A stretch of DNA of 64,000 bases from Mayamaea pseudoterrestris (lineage: Eukaryota), in NCBI GenBank assembly GCA_027923505.1, contig BROI01000011.1, positions 1 to 64,000 on the forward strand. The letters are read 5' to 3'. Each line of letters starts with the position of its first letter. The first letter of the stretch is position 1. Below, piece after piece: positions 21,101 through 32,200 of this stretch. The notes beneath the pieces were generated by a model. That model worked only from the letters and a program-made list of their open reading frames with translations. It did no database searches and had not been told where the DNA came from. The position numbers were made by a program, and so were the translations under genes.

Positions 21101-21132
21101 ATCATGCTTTTCTACGCGAAGAGTTCGCCGAC

Positions 21133-23193
21133 ATGATACACAAGGGACATTGGATCGTGGTACCAGCGTGTTCCGTCGCCCACTTGCCCGACTTGCGACT
21201 CAGCCCCGTGGGCGCCGTGGAACAACGCGAGCGACGACCGCGCACGATCGTGGATTACAGCTTCTTCGGCGTAAACGACGAGTCCGTGCCGATCGCACCA
21301 TTCGAGTCGATGCAATTCGGCCGGGCATTGCACCGAATCATGTACAACATCGCACGCGCCAATCCACGTTACGGAAACGTACGCCTCGCGAAAATCGACA
21401 TCACCGACGGCTTTTACCGCATCGGGCTACGACCGGCCGACATACCAAAGTTGGGCGTCCTCTTTCCCACGAGTCCGGGCGAAGAACAACTGATCGCCTT
21501 TCCGCTCACGCTACCCATGGGGTGGGTACATTCGCCGCCATTCTTCACGTCGGCCACCGAGACGATCGCCGACATCGCCAACGCCACGCCACGCCACAAC
21601 ACCACGCCGCACCGGCTGGAAAGCGAAGCCGACACGCCCCCAGCGCCGGGGCCCACCGCACCGTGCGACGACGAGGCTCCGGACACGATGCCGCTCCCGG
21701 CCACGTCGACAGCGACATACTTCCAACGACCGGTCGGCCACCATGTATGACGCGTGATTATTGACTGAGCAAGCGCGCCACGCCAGCGCCAGCTACGCCG
21801 CGATCTCTTCCACGCGCTCGACACGGTGTTCCGTCCACTGCTCCCAACTGACAATCCACATCGACAGGAACCCATCTCGGTAAAGAAGTTACGCAAAGGC
21901 GACGGCGCGTGGTCCACTCGGAAGACCATACTGGGGTGGGACATCGACACGGTCGCAGGCACCATCACGCTACCGCCGCATCGCCTCGCGCGTCTCCACG
22001 CGATACTCGAGTCAATCCCTCCCACGCAGCACCGCGTGGGCCGCAAAACGTGGCATAAGGTATTGGGGGAGCTGCGCTCCATGTCGCTCGCCTTGCCTGG
22101 CGTACGCGGACTCTTCAGTCTGCTACAAGAGGCTTTTCGCCACCCCCTCGAGCACTCAGGGAGACTTCGCCTGAAGCCCGCCGTGCACACTTTTCTCGCC
22201 GACTTTCGCGTCGTGGCACGTCGCCTCGCCGCGCGCCCTGCTCGCATTCTCGAAGTGGTCCCTCAGCCCACGGGCCTTCCCGGCACCACGGATGCAGCCG
22301 GCCGTGGCATGGGCGGCGCAGCGTTCTTCACCGACTCGCAGCGTCGGGTGCGCCCCGTCGTGTGGCGCCACCCTTTCACGCCACGCATCCAGTCCAAACT
22401 GGTGTCCAGCGACAACCCCCACGGTACCATCACCAACAGCGACTTGGAACTGGCCGGCAGCGTGGCGCACCACGACGTCATCGCCCAGCTCGCGGACGTG
22501 GCTGAGCGCACGATCCACAGCCTCCACGACAACGTCGCTGCCGTCAGCTGGCAACAACACAGCTCCACGACCACCGTCGGCCCAGCCACGTATCTCTTGC
22601 ACCTCCAAAGTTGGCACCAGCGTCACTACCGCTATGTCCCACGACACGACTACATTCCGGGCCCTTGTAACGTCATGGCCGACGACGCGTCGCGCCTTTG
22701 GGAATTGTCCGACGATGAGTTTCTCACGCACTTTAACACCACTTACCCACAGGATTCCCCATGGACACTCTGCCATCTGCGACCCGCCATGAGCTCCGCG
22801 ATCAGCTCCGCCTTGTTGCGTACGGCGTCCGACACGGTGTCGTTTCTTCCACCGCCCGGTCCGCCGACACCGCCTGGCAGTGCTGGACCGCCTTCTGCAC
22901 CCGCTACGGATTGGCGCCCACACTGCCCCATTGTTCCGACCCAATCCAACCCCTACTGGTATTCGCGCAGCTCTATCGATCGGGCGACATCGCACCCCGC
23001 GGTCGACCCGTCCGGGCTAGCACCGTGGATGACGCCCTACGTGCCGTCGGCCAGGCGTTTGCCCTCATGGGGACCCGCGACATCCGGTACGACGCCACGG
23101 GCAAAACCGACATTCGCCTCCAACGCCTGCTCAAGTACTTTGGCCGCGCCGATCCACCGCCAAATCGCGTCAAGCCCCTCCCGATCCAAGTAG
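21133..23193 (+). pseudogene. Ngaro RT-RNase H, copy 2 (5'-truncated, same lesion as copy 1)
   Basis: ORFs 21133-21750 and 21826-23193 match the copy 1 translations. Confidence 0.85.
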
Positions 23194-23900
23194 TGCGCTC
23201 GTGTCTCCACGCTGCGCACGCACCGGCCGGCACGCCTCTACTCCAAGCCATCGCCGATATGACTACCATTGCCTATTTCTTTCTCCTCCGCCCCGGCGAA
23301 TACACTGGCGTCACAGTCGACTCCGAACCGTTTCGGTTCTGCGATGTCCAGCTGTTCCACGCTGGCGGTCGCTGGGATCTCGCCACTGCAACCTCGGCCG
23401 ACATGGCACGCTCCACTGGTTGCAGCCTGACTTTCACTACCCAAAAGAATGGTACGCGCGGGGAGGTCGTCGCCCATGGCGTCACGGGCGACCCCCTCCT
23501 TTGCCCTACTCGCGCAATCATTCGCCGCCTCCTTCACCTCCGCGCACACGCGGCCGACACTACCACCCCGCTCGCCACCGTCTACCTTCCCGAACCCTAC
23601 GCGCTACGCTCCGGCGACATCACCACAGCCCTTCGCGACACCGTGGTGTTGCTCGGCCCCGCGCTGGGCATTCTTCCGACCGACATCAACGCCCGCTCGC
23701 TTCGCGCGGGCGGCGCCCAAGCTCTACTCTGCTCCAACGTGGACTCCGACCGCATCCGACTCATTGGTCGCTGGCACTCCGATGCCATGCTCCGCTACCT
23801 CCACGTTCAAGCCCTGCCCGCCATGCACCACTACGCCCAACTCATGGTCGCTGGCGGCCAATTTAATGTTATTCCCAACCATTTCGTTCCACTCATGTAA
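22761..23900 (+). CDS. Tyrosine recombinase, copy 2
   Basis: Same 379-aa translation as 19356-20495. Confidence 0.92.
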   Translation: MDTLPSATRHELRDQLRLVAYGVRHGVVSSTARSADTAWQCWTAFCTRYGLAPTLPHCSDPIQPLLVFAQLYRSGDIAPRGRPVRASTVDDALRAVGQAFALMGTRDIRYDATGKTDIRLQRLLKYFGRADPPPNRVKPLPIQVVRSCLHAAHAPAGTPLLQAIADMTTIAYFFLLRPGEYTGVTVDSEPFRFCDVQLFHAGGRWDLATATSADMARSTGCSLTFTTQKNGTRGEVVAHGVTGDPLLCPTRAIIRRLLHLRAHAADTTTPLATVYLPEPYALRSGDITTALRDTVVLLGPALGILPTDINARSLRAGGAQALLCSNVDSDRIRLIGRWHSDAMLRYLHVQALPAMHHYAQLMVAGGQFNVIPNHFVPLM

Positions 23901-24505
23901 TTTCCTCGCGCGCCGTCTCGCGCCCCTCGCCCGCGCGCTTCGCTCCCACCCAGACTTGTCGTGGCCTGATTTCTCAGACTTCCTCCGAAATGGGAGGCTG
24001 TTGGAGCGACACTGGGCCTGGGGGGGGCTGGCAAGTAAACTGCCTGTTAACACCAACTCGTCTCTCCAACTAGCTAGCTGCCTAGATGGGCTGGATGACA
24101 GCAAGCCGGTATGTCGGCTAGGACAAAGGACTGGCCGTCATTCCGGTGCAGGGGGAAGAAAGCCGCACCGGACAATTGAACACCAAGAAGCACATGCACC
24201 TACTCGAGACTTTACCTGATACCGCCTTACTACGCTCCGCGCGGCGAAAGCCTCGCGACGTCGATTCTCGTCTCCTCATTCTGTTGCACGAAGTCAACTG
24301 CAGACATCCGAGTCAAGCAGTTCCAGTACTTCATTAGATAGTCTCATAAGCTTCACCCTCCTCACCCACCCTCGCGACACTGGGCCTGGGGGGGGCTGGC
24401 AAGTAAACTGCCTGTTAACACCAACTCGTCTCTCCAACTAGCTAGCTGCCTAGATGGGCTGGATGACAGCAAGCCGGTATGTCGGCTAGGACAAAGGACT
24501 GGCCG

Positions 24506-27500
24506 GAGCATAGAGCCTGAACCTAAGCATGAGCACCTGAGCCTGAGCACCTGAGCCTGAGCCTAACCTGAGCCTGAGCCTAGCCTGAGCCTACCTGAGC
24601 CTACCTGAGCCTAACTGAGCCTAACTGAGCCTAACTGAGCTTACCTGAGCCTACCTGAACCTACCTGGGCCTAACTGAGCCTAACTAACCTCACTGAGCC
24701 TAACTGAGCATAACTGAGCCTAACTGAGCCTGAGACAGAGCATGGAGCATAGAGCCTGAACCTGAGCATGAGCATATGAGCCTGAACCTGAGCATGAGCA
24801 CCTGAGCCTGAGCACCTGAGCCTGGGCACCTGAGCCTGAGCCTAGCCTGAGCCTCACTGAGCCTACCTGAGCCTACCTGAGCCTACCTGAGCCTACCTGA
24901 GCCTAACTGAGCCTAACTAAACCTAACTGAGCCTAACTGAGCCTAACTGAGCCTAACTGTGCCTGAGACTGGGCATGGAGCATAAGAGCCTAACCTGAGC
25001 ACTGAGCTACTGAGCCTGAACCCTAACCTGAGCCTGAGACTGAGCCTGGAGCCTACCTGAGCCTGAACCTGAGCCATGAGCTAACTGAGCCCTGAGCACC
25101 TGAGCCTGGCCTGAGCCTAACTGAGCCTAACTGAGCCTAAGCCCTGAGCCTAACTGAGCACCTGAGCCTACTGAGCCTACCTGAGCCAGACCTACACCCC
25201 CTGAGCCCACCTGAGGCCCTACCTGAGCCCACACTCGAGCCAACACTGAGGCAACTGAGAGCACTAAACAAGGAGCCCCGAGCATGAGCATATGAGCCTG
25301 AGCCTTAACCTGAGCCTGAGACGATGGATAGAGCCTGAACTGGAGCATCAGCACCTGAGCCTGAGCACCTGAGCCTGAGCACCTGAGCCTGAGCCTAGCC
25401 TGAGCCTACCTGAGCCTACCTGAGCCTGCCTGAGCCTACCTGAGCCTACCTGAGCCTAACTGAGCCTAACTGAGCCTAACTGAGCCTGAGACTGAGCATG
25501 GAGCATAGAGCCTGAACCTGAGCATGAGCGTATGAGCCTGATCCTAAGCCTGAGCCTGAGACTGAGCATGGAGCATAGAGCCTGAACCTGAGCATGAGCA
25601 CCTGAGCCTGAGCCTAGCCTGAGCCTAACTGAGCCTACCTGAGCCTACCTGAGCCTACCTGAGCCTACCTGAGCCTAACTGAGCCTAACTGAGCCTGAGA
25701 CTGAGCATGGAGCATAGAGCCTGAACCTGAGCATGAGCATATGAGCCTGAGCCTAAGCCTGAGCCTGAGACTGAGCATGGAGCATAGAGCCTGAACCTGA
25801 GCATGAGCACCTGAGCCTGAGCCTAGCCTGAGCCTAACTGAGCCTACCTGAGCCTAACTGAGCCTACCTGAGCCTACCTGAGCCTAACTGAGCCTAACTG
25901 AGCCTAACTGAGCCTAACTGAGCCTAACTGAGCCTAACTGAGCCTGAGACTGAGCATGGAGCATAGAGCCTGAACCTGAGCATGAGCATGAGCATATGAG
26001 CCTGAGCCTAAGCCTGAGCCTGAGACTGAGCATGGAGCATAGAGCCTGAACCTGAGCATGAGCACCTGAGCATGAGCACCTGAGCCTGAGCACCTGAGCC
26101 TGAGCACCTGAGCCTGAGCCTAACTGAGCCTAACTGAGCCTACCTGAGCCTACCTGAGCCTACCTGAGCCTACCTGAGCCTAACTGAGCCTAACTGAGCC
26201 TAACTGAGCCTGAGACTGAGCATGGAGCATAGAGCCTGAACCTGAGCATGAGCATATGAGCCTGAGCCTAAGCCTAAGCCTGAGCCTGAGACTGAGCATG
26301 GAGCATAGAGCCTGAACCTGAGCATGAGCACCTGAGCCTGAGCACCTGAGCCTGAGCACCTGAGCCTGAGCACCTGAGCCTGAGCACCTGAGCCTGAGCC
26401 TAACTGAGCCTAACTGAGCCTAACTGAGCCTACCTGAGCCTACCTGAGCCTAACTGAGCCTACCTGAGCCTACCTGAGCCTACCTGAGCCTACCTGAGCC
26501 TAACTGAGCCTAACTGAGCCTAACTAAACCTAACTGAGCCTGAGACTGAGCATGGAGCATAGAGCCTGAACCTGAGCATGAGCATATGAGCCTGAGCCTA
26601 AGCCTGAGCCTGAGCCTGAGACTGAGCATGGAGCATTAAGCCTGAACCTGAGCATGAGCACCTGAGCCTGAGCACCTGAGCCTGAGCACCTGAGCCTGAG
26701 CACCTGAGCCTGAGCACCTGAGCCTGAGCCTAGCCTGAGCCTAACTGAGCCTACCTGAGCCTAACTGAGCCTAACTGAGCCTAACTGAGCCTACCTGAGC
26801 CTACCTGAGCCTAACTGAGCCTACCTGAGCCTACCTGAGCCTACCTGAGCCTACCTGAGCCTACCTGAGCCTACATGAGCCTACCTGAGCCTAACTGAGC
26901 ATAACTGAGCCTAACTGAGCCTGAGACTGAGCATGAAGCATAGAGCCTAAACCTGAGCATGAGCATATGAGCCTGAGCCTTAACCTGAGCCTGAGACTGA
27001 GTATAGAGCATAGAGCCTGAACCTGAGCCTGAGCACCTGAGCCTGAGCACCTGAGCCTGAGCCTAGCCTGAGCCTACCTGAGCCTACCTGAGCCTGCCTG
27101 AGCCTACCTGAGCCTACCTGAGCCTAACTGAGCCTAACTGAGCCTAACTGAGCTGGAGCATAGAGCCCGAGCCTGATCCTAAGCCTGAGCCTGAGACTGA
27201 GCATGGAGCATAGAGCCTGAACCTGAGCATGAGCACCTGAGCCTGAGCCTAGCCTGAGCCTAACTGAGCCTACCTGAGCCTACCTGAGCCTACCTGAGCC
27301 TAACTGAGCCTAACTGAGCCTGAGACTGAGCATGGAGCATAGAGCCTGAACCTGAGCATGAGCATATGAGCCTGAGCCTGAGCCTAAGCCTGAGCCTGAG
27401 ACTGAGCATGGAGCATAGAGCCTGAACCTGAGCATGAGCACCTGAGCCTGAGCCTAGCCTGAGCCTAACTGAGCCTACCTGAGCCTAACTGAGCCTACCT

Positions 27501-29248
27501 GAGCCTACCTGAGCCTACCTGAGCCTAACTGAGCCTAACTGAGCCTAACTGAGCCTAACTGAGCTTAACTGAGCCTAACTGAGCCTGAGACTGAGCATGG
27601 AGCATAGAGCCTGAACCTGAGCATGAGCATGAGCATATGAGCCTGAGCCTAAGCCTGAGCCTGAGACTGAGCATGGAGCATAGAGCCTGAACCTGAGCAT
27701 GAGCACCTGAGCCTGAGCACCTGAGCCTGAGCACCTGAGCCTGAGCCTAACTGAGCCTAACTGAGCCTACCTGAGCCTACCTGAGCCTACCTGAGCCTAC
27801 CTGAGCCTAACTGAGCCTAACTGAGCCTAACTGAGCCTAACTGAGCCTGAGACTGAGCATGGAGCATAGAGCCTGAACCTGAGCATGAGCATATGAGCCT
27901 GAGCCTAAGCCTAAGCCTGAGCCTGAGACTGAGCATGGAGCATAGAGCCTGAACCTGAGCATGAGCACCTGAGCCTGAGCACCTGAGCCTGAGCACCTGA
28001 GCCTGAGCACCTGAGCCTGAGCACCTGAGCCTGAGCCTAACTGAGCCTAACTGAGCCTAACTGAGCCTACCTGAGCCTACCTGAGCCTAACTGAGCCTAC
28101 CTGAGCCTACCTGAGCCTACCTGAGCCTAACTGAGCCTAACTGAGCCTAACTAAACCTAACTGAGCCTGAGACTGAGCATGGAGCATAGAGCCTGAACCT
28201 GAGCATGAGCATATGAGCCTGAGCCTAAGCCTGAGCCTGAGCCTGAGACTGAGCATGGAGCATTAAGCCTGAACCTGAGCATGAGCACCTGAGCCTGAGC
28301 ACCTGGCCTGAGCACCTGAGCCTGAGCACCTGAGCCTGAGCACCTGAGCCTGAGCCTAGCCTGAGCCTAACTGAGCCTACCTGAGCCTAACTGAGCCTAA
28401 CTGAGCCTAACTGAGCCTACCTGAGCCTACCTGAGCCTAACTGAGCCTAACTGAGCCTAACTGAGCATAACTGAGCCTAACTGAGCCTGAGACTGAGCAT
28501 GGAGCTTAGAGCCTGAACCTGAACCTGAGCATGAGCCTGAGCCTAAGCCTGAGCCTGAGCCTGAGACTGAGCATGGAGCATAGAGCCTGAACCTGAGCCT
28601 GAGCACCTGAGCCTGAGCACCTGAGCCTGAGTATCTGAGCCTGAGCACCTGAGCCTGAGCCTAGCCTGAGCCTACCTGAGCCTTTCTGAGCCTACCTGAG
28701 CCTACCTGAGCCTAACTGAGCCTAACTAAGCCTAACTGAGCCTAACTGAGCATAACTGAGCTTAACTGAGCCTGAGACTGAGCATGGAGCTTAGAGCCTG
28801 AACCTGAACCTGAGCATGAGCATATGAGCCTGAGCCTAAGCCTGACCCTGAGACTGAGCATGGAGCATAGAGCCTGAACCTGAGCATGAGCACCTGAGCC
28901 TGAGCACCTGAGCCTGAGCACCTGAGCCTGAGCACCTGAGCCTGAGCCTAGCCTGAGCCTAACTGAGCCTACCTGAGCCTACCTGAGCCTAACTGAGCCT
29001 AACTGAGCCTAACTGAGCCTAACTGAGCCTGAGACTGAGCATGGAGCATAGAGCCTGAACCTGAGCATGAGCATATGAGCCTGAGCCTAAGCCTGAGCCT
29101 GAGACTGAGCATGGAGCATAGAGCCTGAACCTGAGCATGAGCACCTGAGCCTGAGCACCTGAGCCTGAGCCTAGCCTGAGCCTAACTGAGCCTACCTGAG
29201 CCTACCTGAGCCTAACGCCTCAGCCTCCACCTGAGCCTCCTCACTGAG
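24506..29248 (+). repeat. Satellite III: GAGCCT / GAGCCTAACT / GAGCCTACCT / GAGCACCT units with a spacer GAGACTGAGCATGGAGCATAGAGCCTGAACCT
   Basis: About 4.7 kb complex array with ~1.6-kb higher-order periodicity. Confidence 0.96.
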
Positions 29249-32200
29249 CTGCAATTCTCACTGCCTCACTGCAATCCTCACTGCCTCACTGCCTCACTGC
29301 CTCACTGCAATTCTCACTGCCTCACTGCAATCCTCACTGCCTCACTGCAATTCTCACTGCCTCACTGCAATTCTCACTGCCTCACTGCCTCACTGCAATT
29401 CTCACTGCCTCACTGCAATCCTCACTGCCTCACTGCCTCACTGCAATCCTCACTGCCTCACTGCCTCACTGCCTCACTGCAATTCTCACTGCCTCACTGC
29501 AATTCTCACTGCCTCACTGCCTCACTGCCTCACTGTCACCCACCTCACTGCCTCACTGCATCCACTGCCCTCACTGCAATCCTCACTGCCTCACTGCAAT
29601 TCTCACTGCCTCACTGCAATTCTCACTGCCTCACTGCCTCACTGCAATTCTCACTGCCTCACTGCAATCCTCACTGCCTCACTGCAATTCTCACTGCCCT
29701 CTCCCCCACTGCAATTCTCACTGCCTCACTGCCTCACTGCAATTCTTCACTGCCTCACTGCAATCCTCACTGCCTCACTGCCTCACTGGCCTCACTGGCC
29801 TAACTGCCTCACTGCCTCACTGCAATTCTCACTGCCTCACTGCCTCACTGCAATCCTCACTGCCTCACTGCCTCACTGCAATTCTCACTGCCTCACTGCA
29901 ATCCTCACTGCCTCACTGCAATTCTCACTGCCTCACTGCCTCACTGCAATTCTCACTGCCTCACTGCAATCCTCACTGCCTCACTGCCTCACTGCCTCAC
30001 TGCCTCACTGCACATGCCTGACCTCATCACCTCAGCCTACACTGCCTCACTGCCTCACCTAGCCTCACTGCCTTGCCTCACTGCAATTCTCACTGCCTCA
30101 CTGCAATTCTCACTGCCTCACTGCCTCACTGCAATTCTCACTGCCTCACTGCAATCCTCACTGCCTCACTGCCTCACTGCCTCCCTCCCTTCCTCACTGC
30201 CTCACTGCAATCCTCACTGCCTCACTGCAATTCTCACTGCCTCACTGCAATTCTCACTGCCTCACTGCCTCACTGCAATTCTCACTGCCTCACTGCAATC
30301 CTCACTGCCTCACTGCCTCACTGCAATTCTCACTGCCTCACTGCAATCCTCACTGCCTCACTGCAATTCTCACTGCCTCACTGCAATTCTCACTGCCTCA
30401 CTGCCTCACTGCAATTCTCACTGCCTCACTGCCTCACTGCCTCACTGCAATTCTCACTGCCTCACTGCAATCCTCACTGCCTCACTGCAATTCTCACTGC
30501 CTCACTGCAATTCTCACTGCCTCACTGCCTCACTGCAATTCTCACTGCCTCACTGCAATTCTCACTGCCTCACTGCCTCACTGCCTCACTGCCTCACTGC
30601 CTCACTGCCTCACTGCCTCACTGCCTCACTGCCTCACTGCAATTCTCACTGCCTCACTGCAATCCTCACTGCCTCACTGCCTCACTGCAATTCTCACTGC
30701 CTCACTGCAATTCTCACTGCCTCACTGCCTCACTGCCATCCTCACTGCCTCACTGCAATCCTCACTGCCTCACTGCCTCACTGCCTCACTGCAATCCTCA
30801 CTGCCTCACTGCAATCCTCACTGCCTCACTGCAATTCTCACTGCCTCACTGCCTCCCTCACTGCCTCACTGCCTCACTGCAATTCTCACTGCCTCACTGC
30901 AATCCTCACTGCCTCACTGCCTTTCTCACTGCCTCACTGCAATTCTCACTGCAATTCTCACTGCCTCACTGCCTCACTGCAATTCTCACTGCCTCACTGC
31001 AATTCTCACTGCAATCCTCACTGCCTCACTGCAATCCTCACTGCCTCACTGCAATTCTCACTGCCTCACTGCAATCCTCACTGCCTCACTGCAATTCTCA
31101 CTGCCTCACTGCAATTCTCACTGCCTCACTGCCTCACTGCCTCACTGCTTCACTGCCTAACTGCCTCACTGCCTCACTGCCTCACTGCCTCACTGCCTCA
31201 CTGCAATTCTCACTGCCTCACTGCAATCCTCACTGCCTCACTGCCATTCTCCCTGCCTCACTGCCTCACTCCCTTCCTCACTGCCTCACTGCCTCACTGC
31301 AATTCTCACTGCCTCACTGCAATCCTCACTGCCTCACTGCATCACTGCCTCACTGCAATTCTCACTGCCTCACTGCAATCCTCACTGCCTCACTGCCTCA
31401 CTGCAATTCTCACTGCCTCACTGCAATTCTCACTGCCTCACTGCAATCCTCACTGCCTCACTGCAATTCTCACTGCCTCACTGCAATCCTCACTGCCTCA
31501 CTGCCTCACTGCCTCACTGCAATTCTCACTGCCTCACTGCAATCCTCACTGCCTCACTGCAATTCTCACTGCCTCACTGCAATTCTCACTGCCTCACTGC
31601 CTCACTGCCTCACTGCAATTCTCACTGCCTCACTGCAATCCTCACTGCCTCACTGCAATTCTCACTGCCTCACTGCAATCCTCACTGCCTCACTGCAATT
31701 CTCACTGCCTCACTGCAATTCTCACTGCCTCACTGCAATCCTCACTGCCTCACTGCAATTCTCACTGCCTCACTGCAATCCTCACTGCCTCACTGCAATT
31801 CTCACTGCCTCACTGCAATTCTCACTGCCTCACTGCCTCACTGCAATTCTCACTGCCTCACTGCAATCCTCACTGCCTCACTGCCTCACTGCCTCACTGC
31901 CTCACTGCCTCACTGCAATTCTCACTGCCTCACTGCCTCACTGCAATTCTCACTGCCTCACTGCAATTCTCACTGCCTCACTGCAATTCTCACTGCCTCA
32001 CTGCATCGCTGCCTCACTGCACTCACTGCCTCACTGCAATCTCACTGCCTCACTGCAATCCTCACTGCCTCACTGCAATTCTCACTGCCTCACTGCCTCA
32101 CTGCAATTCTCACTGCCTCACTGCAATTCACCGCTTCTCACTGCCTCACTGCACTCACTGCCTCACTGCAACTCACTGCCTCACTGCAATTCTCACCGCC

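Larger units (their letters stand above)
21101..24505 (+). mobile_element. Ngaro-like copy 2 (3405-bp duplicate of 17696-21100)
   Basis: All ORFs recur with offset +3405 and identical translations; B1 24006-24137, B2 24374-24505. Confidence 0.93.

Noticed and set aside
20601..24505. Reading the 132-bp repeats as LTRs of a separate LTR element
   Set aside because: No TG...CA ends, PBS, PPT or DDE integrase; the B-A-B layout plus YR fits a DIRS-order element.
15180..24550. Many antisense and alternate-frame ORFs over the Ngaro copies
   Set aside because: Shadow ORFs of GC-rich coding DNA with no recognisable motifs.
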